Below are positions 39,393-52,200 of a DNA stretch of 57,965 bases, in pieces; within the stretch, counting starts at the first letter, position 1; every line of letters starts with the position of its first letter. A program made the position numbers and the translations under genes. Under the pieces are notes generated by a model. It saw nothing but the letters and a program-made list of their open reading frames with translations. It searched no databases and had not been told where the DNA came from. Source of the DNA: Octopus bimaculoides (Eukaryota); assembly GCF_001194135.2 (NCBI RefSeq), contig NC_068995.1:52665262-52723226 (forward strand), read 5' to 3'.

Positions 39393-39932
39393 CTGAAAGA
39401 AAAATCATAAAAGAAATGAAAATTATTAATAAAAATGAATGGTGAATGAAAGTCAAAAGATATCAAATTTCTACTTTCACTTCTCTTTATATAAGTTTAA
39501 AGACTTTTCATGTTGTGAATCAGAACATTTTTCTACATAAAGCATTGATGGCTCATATACCATCAAGGCTAATATTTATTGAGTATTTTGAAAAGAATAG
39601 TCAGAAAGTATCCTCGGTATTCACATACATATATATTATGAAGATATAGCTTAATTGGTAAGTGGTTTTATTTGAGACCATGTGCTGGAACTAAAAATGA
39701 TTGCAGTATGGTAGATATATATTAGCCACTCAGAAACAGACAAAGACTGTGAACTTCACTTAAACATTTATTGTTTGTAATAGGTTGCTGTGCGACAATG
39801 TTCTCAGTGACCAGGTTGCAGTTTGGAGCAAGGAGAATTTTGACACCACATTACAAACCATAAATGTTTAAGTGAAGTTAACGGCCTTTGTGCATTTGTG
39901 AATCATTAATATATGTCATTGAAGCTACACTC

Positions 39933-39970
<38 letters not shown>

Positions 39971-40295
39971 TATGTGTGCGTGTATGGATGAATGGATGGA
40001 TAGAAAGATAGATAAATAGAGAGATAAATATTTATTGTTCTAATACAACAATGTTGCAGACAGTGACTTTGAAGTTTTAGTCTGCTAAGCCATTGTTGGA
40101 CTGTTGCAGTCAAATGATAGCTTAGCTGGCCAAAACTTCAAAGTCACTATCAACAACATTCTTGTCTAAGAATAATAAATTTGTATTCTACAAAAGTATT
40201 AAGTACCCCATCAGATTAATGTAAAATAGTTTTTATTATAACTGAATACGAAAACAAACATTAACTTATATATATTTCTAATATTTCTAATAATG

Positions 40296-40700
40296 AAGGC
40301 AGCAAACAGAGCAAAATCGTTACCACGCTGGACATAATGCTTAGTGGCATTTCTTCTGTCTTTACTTTGTTCTGAGTTCAAATTCCACTGGGACTGGCTT
40401 TGCCTTTTACCCTTTCTGGGTCGATAAAATAAGTACCAATTGCTGGCCTAGTGCCAAAATGTGAAATCCGTATTTCTAATAATAAAGGCAGCAGGCTGGC
40501 AGAATCATTACCATGATGGACAGAATGCTTAGCAGTATTTTTTCCAAATTTACATTCTGAGTTCAAATTCCACCAGGGTTGTTTACCTTCCACCCTTTCA
40601 AGGTCGATAAAAAAAAGTACCAGTTGAGCACTGGGGTTCGATGTAATCAACTTACCCCCTCCCCCAAAATTACTGGCCTTCTGCCAAAATTTCAAACCAA
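40296..40700 (+). mobile_element. tRNA-derived SINE family B (CORE-like), head-to-tail tandem dimer
   Basis: Two units (40296-40470 and 40485-40700) share CAGAATC..ATGCTTAG..TTCTGAGTTCAAATTCC..CCTTT..GGGTCGATAAA..AAGTACCA; junction motif TATTTCTAATAAT occurs three times. The CORE assignment is from memory. Confidence 0.75.
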
Positions 40701-41374
40701 TATTTCTAATAATGAAGCATGCCTGAAGTTGCTATCGTGTTTGCTAACAATCAGATTATTTTCCTCCCCTAATCACATTGCTGATTTCCAATTATAAATA
40801 AATAAGGCTCTGAAAGATTCAACAAAACCCTTTTCCTTCCATTTCCTTTTTTTTTTTTTTTTTTTTTAGTGTCTCCTGCCTTTGTTTGGTTCAATTAATT
40901 CTTGTTCAGCTATGTTTATCTCTCCTTGATACACAGATAGTCCTGGTTAATTAAAATTATCCTGCTTGTTAAATTATGTGTGTTAGCAAATACTTCATTG
41001 TTTAGTTTTTAATTATCCAGCTTTAAAAAAAACAAAAAAACTCCAAGTCTCCCATGTTAATCTTTGGATGCTTCAGTTTTCTTTTATGTTAATTACTATT
41101 AATTAGCTGTGAAGACTTGTAGATTGAATTGTGTCGTAAATTACTATACACAGACAAATAAAAACATCCGTTCAGTCATCCATTGATCCATTAATTGATT
41201 GAATAATCAATCAATCCATCCTTCCACCCATCCATCCATCCACCCTTCATCCACCTATTTCAGCATTTCCCAATCATTTTCCTTTTGTTGTATCCTTGAA
41301 ATATATTTCATGCCTCAAGGAACCCCTACATAAAAAAAAAACAAAAAACATTATATATCTTTATTATAGATTCA

Positions 41375-41700
41375 TAGGCACAGGTATGGTTGTATGGTAA
41401 GAAGTTTGCTTCCCAACCATGTGGTTCTGGGTTCAGTTCCACTACATGGCACCTTGGATAAGATTTTTTTTTCTACCATACCCTCTGGCTGACCAAAGAG
41501 GCTTGTGAGTGGGTTTGTCGCCGTCGTCGTTTAACGTCCGCTTTCCATGCTAGCATGGGTTGGACGATTTGACTGAGGACTGGTGAAATCAGATGGCTAC
41601 ACCAGGCTCCAATCTGATTTGGCAGAGTTTCTACAGCTGGATGCCCTTCCTAACGCCAACCACTCAGAGTGTTGATAAATGGAAAATGAAAGAAGCCCAT
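41375..41700 (+). mobile_element. SINE family A interrupted by an RTE 3'-end insertion
   Basis: Head and body at 41375-41518 resume as ...ATGGAAAATGAAAGAAGCCC at about 41671-41699, after the inserted fragment. Confidence 0.7.
41519..41670 (-). mobile_element. Young RTE 3'-end fragment
   Basis: CGTTTAACGTCCGCTTTCCATGCTAGCATGGGTTGG...CAGCTGGATGCCCTTCCTAACGCCAACCACTC. Confidence 0.75.
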
Positions 41701-41876
41701 TGCCTTTAGTCGAGCAAATCGACCCCAAGACTTATTCTTTGGAAGCCAAGTACGTATTCTATCGGTCTCTTTTACCGAACCGTTAAGTTACAGGGACGTA
41801 AACATACCAGCATCGGTTGTCAAGCAATGTTGGGGGGACAAACACAGACACACAAACATATACACACACATACATC

Positions 41877-41941
<65 letters not shown>

Positions 41942-42103
41942 GACGGGCTTCTTTCAGTTTCCGTCTACCAAATCCACTCACAAGGCTTAGGTCAGCCCGA
42001 GGCTATAGTAGAAGACACTTGCCCAAGGTGCCACGCAGTGTGACTGAACCCGGAACCATGTGGTCAGTAAGCAAGCTACTTACCACACAGCCACTCCTAT
42101 ACC
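41701..42103 (-). mobile_element. tRNA-derived SINE family A, near full length, with an internal (TA)n
   Basis: Head GGCTGTGTGGTAAG...GGGTTCAGTC (A/B-box-like), body ...GGAAACTGAAAGAAGCCCGTCG, (TA)n, then a conserved 3' half; matches many other copies in the window. Confidence 0.85.
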
Positions 42104-43178
42104 TTAGAATGTAAAGTGCTGGAAAGAAAGCCGTTAAGCATTTTGTTCAACTTGCTAACGACTCTGCCCCAATTTGATGCATAAATTAACATGAAACTTT
42201 AATGAATGGCTTTGATTTCGATCATTTTAAAAAAGAGGAAATTTGTATTCTTTGAACCCAGAATAGTCTCAGGTGGTTTGGTATTTAAAAAAAATGGGGT
42301 TACAGTTGATCTTTCTGATAGGATGTGTTGTCTTTTAAGTACATATTTTAACCTTGAAATGCCTCTTCATCAAGACAAAAACTACGATTGCACATAATAG
42401 ATTTAATTAATGATATTTGATTTATAAAACCCTAGACGTAGTGTGGACGATGGAGGGGAGTGGTGAAGACGGGGAATAATTAGAAATAAAACCGAAAGAC
42501 CTGTAAATAATGGAACATCATCGCATTAATTGTTTCATTTATCAGAAAGCTACTAAGGGGACCGTTTCCGTATTCGTTCTGTCATGATCTATCGGACTGA
42601 TGTTTATGGAATGGACAGGGGTGGTGGTGGTGGTGGTGGTGGTGGTGGTGAGTGGCGAGCAGGAAGGCTCCTGATAATAATATTAAAATATTTCTAGTAC
42701 TGATTCTTTATCTGTGTAATTGCTTACAAAGCATTTTTCCTTGGAATATTGCCCAGATAAATATGAAAATGCACGTATTTGCTGATAATTTCTTCATAGC
42801 TGTGTGTATATTTCAATTCCCCAAAGAGTAATGGTAATAGTAGAAGAATATGATAATATGTGCACGTGTGTGTTTGTCTGTATACGTATGTGTGCAAATT
42901 ACTTTTTTTTGTTTTTATTTAATTTATTTATTTACAATTTTTTTTTTTTGTTGCTTTTATCAGAATATTGACCTCACAACTAAAAGTACACTTATTCACA
43001 GTAGGAAATTCATTTTTCAGATGTAAATTGACAGGAAGCAAGAAACTTTCAGGAAGGAAATTTATTTTCAATAAATATGCTTCGTTCACAGTAACAAATG
43101 TCATTATGATTACTACAAATTAAAGATTTCTGACATAGTCAAATAGTTGACTGCAAAAAGAGAACATTCACTACCAAA

Positions 43179-43213
<35 letters not shown>

Positions 43214-44118
43214 NNNNNNNNNNNNNNNNNNNNNNNNNNNNNNNNNNNNNNNNNNNNNNNNNNNNNNNNNNNNNNNNNNNNNNNNNNNNNNNNNNNNNNN
43301 NNNNNNNNNNNNNNNNNNNNNNNNNNNNNNNNNNNNNNNNNNNNNNNNNNNNNNNNNNNNNNNNNNNNNNNNNNNNNNNNNNNNNNNNNNNNNNNNNNNN
43401 NNNNNNNNNNNNNNNNNNNNNNNNNNNNNNNNNNNNNNNNNNNNNNNNNNNNNNNNNNNNNNNNNNNNNNNNNNNNNNNNNNNNNNNNNNNNNNNNNNNN
43501 NNNNNNNNNNNNNNNNNNNNNNNNNNNNNNNNNNNNNNNNNNNNNNNNNNNNNNNNNNNNNNNNNNNNNNNNNNNNNNNNNNNNNNNNNNNNNNNNNNNN
43601 NNNNNNNNNNNNNNNNNNNNNNNNNNNNNNNNNNNNNNNNNNNNNNNNNNNNNNNNNNNNNNNNNNNNNNNNNNNNNNNNNNNNNNNNNNNNNNNNNNNN
43701 NNNNNNNNNNNNNNNNNNNNNNNNNNNNNNNNNNNNNNNNNNNNNNNNNNNNNNNNNNNNNNNNNNNNNNNNNNNNNNNNNNNNNNNNNNNNNNNNNNNN
43801 NNNNNNNNNNNNNNNNNNNNNNNNNNNNNNNNNNNNNNNNNNNNNNNNNNNNNNNNNNNNNNNNNNNNNNNNNNNNNNNNNNNNNNNNNNNNNNNNNNNN
43901 NNNNNNNNNNNNNNNNNNNNNNNNNNNNNNNNNNNNNNNNNNNNNNNNNNNNNNNNNNNNNNNNNNNNNNNNNNNNNNNNNNNNNNNNNNNNNNNNNNNN
44001 NNNNNNNNNNNNNNNNNNNNNNNNNNNNNNNNNNNNNNNNNNNNNNNNNNNNNNNNNNNNNNNNNNNNNNNNNNNNNNNNNNNNNNNNNNNNNNNNNNNN
44101 NNNNNNNNNNNNNNNNNN
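43214..44118. other. Largest assembly gap (N run) inside the Ig-gene intron; other gaps at 908, 3964, 4543, 9475, 11926, 14775, 18401, 27844, 34803, 37815 and 51680
   Basis: N runs, most flanked by (TA)n or other simple repeats. Confidence 0.95.
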
Positions 44119-44160
<42 letters not shown>

Positions 44161-44684
44161 GTATATCTATCTATTTACATACACACACATACACACATAT
44201 GTATATATTTATATTTAGCACCAAGCCTGTATGTATATATGTGTATAGTCATTTAACCCTATTGAATTACACATATTCCGTGCTTATTTTCATTAAATGG
44301 ATAAAAATGTATCTGATGAGTCTCTTATTTATCTTTTGCTTTCCATTAAACATGGACAGACTGTGGTCTGTTGAAATTTTTGAATGGAATGCTAATGAGA
44401 AAAATTACCTTGAAATTTTTTTGTAATGCGGCCCATCTGATGATGAACCAAGTCTCCTGTAGCCTACTTCTTGCAAACAGTTGCCCAAATCTGGTTTAAA
44501 TCATTGACAAATGCAGACCATCATTAGTGAACTAATGAGGCAATGTCTTGTAGCAGATTTGAAACCAAATCACAGTGAAATCGTTAACCATATAAATTAC
44601 ACTTATAGTTTCAACATGTTTCTAATTTCTAATTAGATATCCAGTGTCGCATATGTAGCCTACTCAAAAGTACCTTGGATTGTA

Positions 44685-45041
44685 GGGCGACATGCTGTGG
44701 TGCTTGAGGAGACCTATTGAGTCAAGTACATCAACATCAGCAATATCAAAATCAAATCAAATGGAAATTGTAGTTGTGAGTCCCGTGCCAGTAGCATGTA
44801 AAAAGCACCATCCGATCGTGGTTGATGACAGCTACTCTGGCCCCTTGTGCCGGTGGCACGTAAAGAGCACCCACTACACTCTTGGAGTGGTTGGCATTAG
44901 GAAGAGCATCCAGCTGTAGAAACACTGTCAGTTCGGACTGGGGCCTGGTGCAGCCTCCTGGTTTCCCAGACCCCAGTGGAACCATCCAACCCATGCAAGC
45001 ATGGAAAACAGACGTTAAACGATGATGATGATGATGATGAT
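44685..45041 (+). mobile_element. RTE-LINE 3' end (last codons, 3'UTR and (GAT)n tail)
   Basis: GTGGTTGGCATTAGGAAGAGCATCCAGCTGTAGAAAC...CCAACCCATGCAAGCATGGAAAACAGACGTTAAAC followed by (GAT)n. Confidence 0.7.
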
Positions 45042-46023
45042 ATGCTGTTGCTAGAAAACTGAAATAAACGATAAAACCAAAATTCAGAATTTATAAAGGT
45101 GTATTATGTATCACTTTCATCCTACTCCATCCATTCTGATCTGAAGAATTTTAAAGCAAAATATTTCTTTACTGTAGTCTCTGTGAAATTTAGTCTGGTT
45201 ACATTCCGATATTAATATATGGAGTGGAATTAATGCTGGCTTTCATTTGTTTATATTTTGTCTCTTTACTTAATCATATTCTCATTAATAATTCAACAGG
45301 ACAAATGAAAAATTATTTTGGAAGATCGTTATTATTTCATAAATTATTAAATGGTAAGTATGTCACTGTTATGATATAGAAAAGGGAAGCCGAAGAGATA
45401 AATATAACAGATATCAGCATTAAATATTCAACATTCAACAGAGAACAGCTCAGGAATGTCTTTTATTATTTTGGTGGCAGTGAAAAGTATTTTAGCGGGG
45501 GCCTAAAAATAAATAAATAAATTGATCTGAGGAATCCACGAGTTAGCTTTTAGACTTTTAGAATCAAAGAATTAGAATAAAAAATTAATACTCTGGCAAC
45601 AATATTCCACCCCACCCCACAAAAACTAATAAAAAATAAAATAATACAAAAATGAAGTAAAATAAAATCATTGTTAGGTGCTAGCTGAATGGTGTTGGGT
45701 ACCAGACTCAGGGTCTATCTCCTATATATATCTTAACTAGAGCATCGAGCATTCTTATCAACATGTGGTTATAGGTTCAAATCCCACTGCTGACAGATAT
45801 ATTCAAGGATGGTGAGAAATAAGAAAATCAGTCGAGCAGTGAACAAAATTTTCTTGTGGTATTTAGTTATATTCTAGTTTCAAATCCCTGCTCTAGTTGA
45901 CTTCGCCAGTCATTCTTCTGGTGTCTAGAACAGTTTTGCTATGGAATGGTGAAACTATTTTTTTCTTTTCTGAAAAAAAAAAAAAAAACGTTTTGGACTT
46001 ATGACACTTTTGCATAATAGCAA

Positions 46024-46079
<56 letters not shown>

Positions 46080-46081
<2 letters not shown>

Positions 46082-46244
46082 AAAATGGGTAAGGTCTGTT
46101 TATGGGATTACCTTAGGTTTCCCGTCCATAAAGGGTTTAGCTTTTTGGCATATCGTTAGATCCCAAGATGATACACCATAAAGCTAAGCCCTTCATTGAC
46201 AGGACACCTAAAGTAATCCCGTAAACCGGTCCTCCCCATTTTTG
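46080..46244. mobile_element. Fold-back MITE: 75-bp inverted arms with a 15-nt spacer, inserted at TA
   Basis: 46080-46154 versus the reverse complement of 46170-46244 align ungapped with 60/75 identity; both ends are flanked by TA dinucleotide repeats. Confidence 0.8.
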
Positions 46245-46290
46245 ATATATACTGCTCTACATCTTAGAATGTGCTTCTTCTCTCGGATTT

Positions 46291-46457
46291 ATGCTTTTTA
46301 CATGGTTGTGTGATAAGAAGCTTGCTAGGTGTAGCTGTGGCCATGTGGTAAGGAACTTGCTTCCCAACCACATGGTTCTGAGTTCAGTCCTACTGTGTGA
46401 CAGCTTAGGCAAGTGCCTTCTACTATAGCCTTAAGCTAACCAAAGCCTTGTGAATGA
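46291..46457 (+). mobile_element. SINE family A with a duplicated head
   Basis: Two successive head starts (TGGTTGTGTGATAAGAAGCTTGCT; TGGCCATGTGGTAAGGAACTTGCT), then the body. Confidence 0.7.
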
Positions 46458-46467
46458 AACAAGACTG

Positions 46468-46503
<36 letters not shown>

Positions 46504-47224
46504 TTGGGAAGTAAATTTCTTACCCCACAGCCATGCTTGTGTCTACATAGGAGATTTTAAGAAATTCTCATCCTGCTCATGAGATAGTTTCTATTGATTT
46601 AGTATAGTTAGATTTAGATTATCTGATAAGATAGGTTAGAAATATTTTGTTTGGATAACTGATTTAATCATTAATAAAGGAAGCAATAGTGAACATAATT
46701 ATCAGACTCTGAGATTTGTTTGGATAATCCAGAATTCAGATGATTTCTGTTAGAAAACATGTAAAATGGACATTAATTTGTAAATTGTTTTGGTTTTGAA
46801 TTTGGTTTACAATATTCTTGATATGAACTCTTGTGTTAAAACAGATTTTGTTGTATCTTGAGAGCTGTAAACTAAGAGACAAACAGACAGACAGACCTGA
46901 ATCAGATCTACAGTAAATAGAGGGAGAGAGAGAGAGAGAGAAAGAGAGAGATTCCATGGCTTTTGTTCATATATTGTCTTCGACATGATAAAAATTGATT
47001 TCTTTTGATGAAACTGAAGGCCAAATATGTACACAAGCAGGACTGGTGGGAGAGAGAGATTACATAACATTCATGTATTTGTGGAGGGTATTATTGATAT
47101 AAATGAAATGAATTGGATTTGAGTGGAGATGGAAACCAGATTGCTGACTCAGCTCTGTGGGAGTTTATCTGCTGTTCCTTAATGTTATTGCTGTTTAACA
47201 CTGAGTCAGCCCTAATTCAACATA

Positions 47225-47750
47225 CACATGACCAAAGGAATTCCACTCACGGGTACCCTCTCTTCTCCACCCCTATCTCTGAAATGGCATAACTATTTAA
47301 TGTATCCTTTCTTTTTAAAGACATGAAATGATATGATTGAAGGAGAGTTAGCTGTTATTTCTTGGAAGTTGACTGACCCAATAAATGCTCAATCTTTGGC
47401 TTACTGTGGTTGGTGTTGTCATTGTTGTTGCTGATGATGTTAGGTCAACCTTAATTGAACAAATCTATCAAAAAGACATTCCATCTTTCACTATCCCACG
47501 TTTTTTACTCTAGGCATAGTGTATCAAAGAATACATTATCCAATGTGTCTTTCCTTTTTATAAGAGAATAAAGAATGTAATTTGAGAAAGATTTCTGGCT
47601 GTTATTTTTCCGAGTCAAGTGATTCTCATCTTGAGTCACAGACTCTTATTGTTTGATTCCAAGACAGCTTCGATGAAGCAGACACTTTATCAAAGACATT
47701 CCAGCCCTGTACCATCTCACATTTTTTTAAGGCATAGTATATCTTGGACT
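47225..47750. repeat. Three degraded neighbouring copies of a further interspersed repeat (AAAGACATTCCA...AGGCATAGTGTATC)
   Basis: The motif recurs at about 47230, 47470 and 47690; related sequence is at about 5510-5600 (opposite strand) and 56200-56290. Confidence 0.5.
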
Positions 47751-47935
47751 AAAGCAGAATAGTTCACACATTGGACAAAATGTTTAGTGGCGTTTCTTCC
47801 AGCTCTTTTATGCTCTGAGTTCAAATGCTGCCAAGGTCAAGTTTTCCTTTTGTCCCTTCCTAAAGGAACAATTGAACATAGGGATTGAAATAATTGACTT
47901 GTCTCTTTTTTGTCAAAATTGTTGGCCCTGGACCC
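47750..47935 (+). mobile_element. SINE family B, degraded
   Basis: GCAGAAT..AAAATGTTTAG..CTGAGTTCAAATGCTGCCAAGGTCAA..TTTTCCTTT. Confidence 0.6.
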
Positions 47936-48127
47936 TGCAATGGATTGTCATCCTGTTTTGGGTGAGTGTTGTGGTCTTGGTCACTTATCTGTGCCGCATG
48001 GAAGCCAGCTGACCACCCTTATGAGTCGTAGGACTTAAGAAAAAAAAATGAAGACACTCGACCAGAAATGGAAACAAATTTGAAAGAAAATGATGATAAT
48101 AATAATAATAATGATAATGATAATAGT

Positions 48128-48335
48128 AATAATATTAGTTTAAAATTTTGGCACAAGGCCAGCAATTTTGAGGGTGAGGGAAAGTTGATTCCATTGACCC
48201 CAGTGCTCAACTACTAGTTATTTTATCGACCCTGAAAGTATGAATGGGAAAGGTGACCTCAGCAGAATTTGAACTCGGAATGTGAAGACGGCTGAAATGC
48301 CGCTAACCATTTCCCCCCTTCATGCTAATGATTTC
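48128..48335 (-). mobile_element. SINE family B
   Basis: Reverse complement of the 40485-40700 unit; adjoins (AAT)n. Confidence 0.8.
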
Positions 48336-48699
48336 AGAAGCTCATCACGTTAATCAATAAATTAATATTGAACACAGACAGTAGTCTGTGTCTAATGTAA
48401 CAACATGCAGCAAATCCATGTAAATATCGAAGTAATTACAGGATTACTGTGTTTTCCATTTTTTTTTCCAATTGATATTAACTTGGAAATCAACTTCATT
48501 ATTGGAAGTTGATTTTCTGACATTCTTTTAAAATAATGATAAGAAGAAATCAATGACGACATTCCCAGAAATTAATCAAAGCAGAAATAAAAAACCAATT
48601 TTTCAGTAAAATATCATTTTTTGTTGATTAAGTCTCACTTGTTTACTTGTTCAGAAATGATGTGGTTTCATTTCTTGACCTTTGTAACATCATGACCTT

Positions 48700-49222
48700 C
48701 ATTGTGTCATGACCTCTGACCTCAGGCATGGATGAGATTGATGCAACTGACACCCAGGATTGAATATCTTCAGTTCAAATTCTGAACCATAAAGAACAGT
48801 CAACAGGGGGGGGGGGGAGAGCCAGCTGGTGATGGTTGTGGCGGTGGTGGGATCTGATTGTAACAGAATGAGCTTTGCTGAGGGCACTCAAAACAGGGAC
48901 AAGAGATGAAACAATAACAATGGGCAGTGAAGCACTTCTGAAAATTGGTGGGATCAGTGCAACTGGTGCCCAGCCTGAATATTTTCAGGTCCTCCTCCAT
49001 ATTCTTGTTTGAACTTCTACTACTACTTCTTCTTCTTCTTCAATTTTTAACTTTAGAAATAAATGCATGAAATTTTGATACAATATAAAAGACATTTGGA
49101 AATTAATTATTTAACCTTTTCCCTCTCTTTTCAGATTTTATCAGAATTTCATGTGTTTATTTGCAAAGCTAAGGAAGTTATTAAGAGCTGAAGGCCATCA
49201 GTGACTTTTGGGACACCCTGCA
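48700..49222 (-). mobile_element. Possible Tc1/mariner deletion derivative (one terminal inverted repeat plus a faint transposase remnant)
   Basis: Minus strand begins CAGGGTGTCCCAAAAGTC at 49220, a Tc1-like end; weak ..AGSP..VDCSLW.. similarity to the WPxxSPDLNPxDxxxW motif near 48780-48830. Confidence 0.4.
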
Positions 49223-50274
49223 TATATTTATGCTGACAAACCACGTGTGTAACAACAAAGCAGGCCTTAATATATATACAACACTAATTTAAACGAAGAT
49301 TTCAAGCACACATGTGTAAAGGGATGCCTTGTATTCATCTTCAGTTTTTAAGGTTTCTGTTTAAAATGTTACTTTACACTTGTTGTAGATTATTATAGTC
49401 TTGTGTTTAATTGATTACTTTAAAAGGCATTGTTTGCACTTTTAACAAAAAGAAAAAAAACACGAAATGAAATGAACAGTCTCCCTCCCCCCTACAAAAA
49501 GGTATTGGGTGGGTGGGGGTAGATAAGAGAAAAAGTAAGAAAATGACTAAAAAGAAAGAGAAATAAATAACCCAAATCTATGTAGATTTTATGATAGGAA
49601 ATTAATGGTTGGTGTAAGACATAAAAAGATCTTAAGTTAAAGCAAGCATTACAATAAGTTTTTTGTTTGCTGTGGTATAACCAATACGAAAATAGATGTA
49701 TTGTGTGTAGAATATGAGAGAGAGAGAGAGAGACAGAGAGAGATAGAAGTCTCAGGGGTTATATATTCAGACATCAGGTGTGAAAACAGAAAATTGGACG
49801 AAACAATATTCTGAAGGGAGAATGGGAATTAAAACACACATACACACACACATATGCATGTACACACAAACACATGCAAACACACACACACACACACACA
49901 TTTTCTTTTTGTTCTTTTGTTGTGATGCCACAGTGCAGCAGTTTAGTTGGAATGCTTGCCTTTTCCTTTTGTTGTTTGTCCAATGTTTACAAGTATAAAG
50001 TTGAATTTTGGAATGTAAATAGGTAAACAAAATAGAATAAACCAGTCTTTGCGAAAAAAAAAAAAATTATATATATAACTCTATATCGGAGATTTCGAAT
50101 AACATATTTTCATTTAAATATACACACAAATATATAAATATATGTACGTATGCATGTGTATATGTTATTATTAAGTTGTATTTCTAAATTTCTTGCCAAT
50201 GGACAGAGAGCCAGTTTCTAACCAAGATCCAAGGCTCCTTCATTGGAATTTCAACTTCAACAAAGTATTTGTGC

Positions 50275-50305
50275 AAAAGTCAGGAACTTTTCAGCACCTC
50301 TCATA
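50275..50305. mobile_element. Solitary mariner-like terminal inverted repeat
   Basis: The reverse complement TATGAGAGGTGCTGAAAAGTTCCTGACTTTT resembles mariner termini (TA+CGAGGG..TGAAAAGT); no partner end found. Confidence 0.4.
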
Positions 50306-51406
50306 TGCATGTATGTATGTATACACACATACATAGATACACACACATATATATATATAAACATACACATATGTATAGTATACAGACACACATACATACA
50401 TATATATATAATATATATATGTATACATGTGTGTATATATATATATATATATACACACACACATACATATTACATACACACATGCACATACATATACACA
50501 TACATGCATACATACATACATACAGTTATTAATTCCCTTCCTCTCCTCAACCTCCCTCGCTTCATAGAAACAACATATTGTGGCATATTTCATGACATAT
50601 TTTATATTTCTGATAATTTCTTTCTCTTATTTTCCTTTCTTCATTAAGGTTCCATGCCAAGGATCCTAAACCGAATGTGACAAGACTGCACGAAGGGAGC
50701 AATGGAGCTGGGTGTTAAAGGGTAAGGAACAAGGGACTTCTTCAAACTGATATGAAGAGAGGTGGGTGAGAATGGTGATGGAGGAGGAGCACTGGAAGAC
50801 AAAAAGGTAGAAAGAAGAAGCAGAAGAAGATGATGATGATGATGGTGGTGATGATCATGAAGAAAGAGAATAAAAATAAGGCGATAGAAAAAAGAGAAAA
50901 AAGAAAATAACGAGAAAGAAGAAGAATGTATGATCTTTTTGAGTTTGATGATGTGTTACATGACAGAGTGATGAGAATAATGACTAGCGAATAGTGAATA
51001 GCTTGATTTGTTCTGAAACCATCAATCAAAGTCATTTTTGGACAAGATTTATAAAAATAAAAAAAATTGGCAGGAAACACAGTCTTTTTCAATACATCTA
51101 CATACTTACATTCACACATTCCTACATACATATATATATATATATATATGTGTGTGTTTGTATATGTATGCACATATGCACACACTTGCATATGCATTTT
51201 AATGAAGACTTAACATGGGCATGGTTCTTAACTTTGGATACATGTTTGAGATAAAGATACAAGAGAACGCTGTGGAAAGTAACGGTGGTAATGACTTCAG
51301 AGAAACGAAAGTAGCAATTACAAATATAAAACAAAATAAGTAAAAAATGGAAAAAAAATCTGCAGATGAATATTCTAGAAACTAAAATAGTGATTGCATC
51401 ATACAA

Positions 51407-51437
<31 letters not shown>

Positions 51438-51647
51438 TGTATAAATATATATCTTTATGTATATACATATGTGTGTGTGTATAGATTTATGTACTCACAT
51501 TCATACACACGTATATAAAAAGACATATAGACATTTGTGTGTATATATATATGTATTTGTATATATATTGTTTTTTTTTTTACTTGTTTCAGTCATTTGA
51601 CTGTGGCCATGCTGGAGCACTGCCTTTAAAGTAAGACCTGCATCTTT

Positions 51648-51679
<32 letters not shown>

Positions 51680-52200
51680 NNNNNNNNNNNNNNNNNNNNN
51701 NNNNNNNNNNNNNNNNNNATATATATTTAAGAATATTTAAGAATATTTAAAAGAATATTTCTTGATACAGATACAACATTCAAAAAAATTAGAAATTTTT
51801 ACTTCTATAATTTTTCTTGAAAAAATAGCACATTAACACACACCTGATGGAAGGAGTTTTTTGTGTAAGTGCTTTTTGCTGTTTTCAGTTTTTCAAACAT
51901 GTGTTATGAGGTAATTCATCAGAAGCAATTGCTCAACATTATGTATATATATATTTATATATATATACTAGCAGCTAAGCCTGGTTTCACCCGGCCTGTT
52001 TCGATGATGTGGCTGTGATCGTTGTCAGTTAGGCATAATCTATAACAGCGTTTCTCAACCTTATTATTTTGGGTCCCCTGTTTTGATTGGAGCCTCTAGC
52101 TGTATGAAAATTTCCTGACTCCCCCACATCCCCTTGCCAGAAAACAGTTTCAGGAGTTGTGAAGAACAAATTTGTACGTAGTCTGTTTCTGAGAGCAGAT

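Noticed and set aside
48674-48725. Cluster of TGACCT nuclear-receptor-like half sites
   Set aside because: A short motif next to a probable transposon remnant; function cannot be supported from sequence alone.
52046-52061. hAT-like terminal sequence CAGCGTTTCTCAACCT
   Set aside because: No matching opposite end or 8-bp target-site duplication found.
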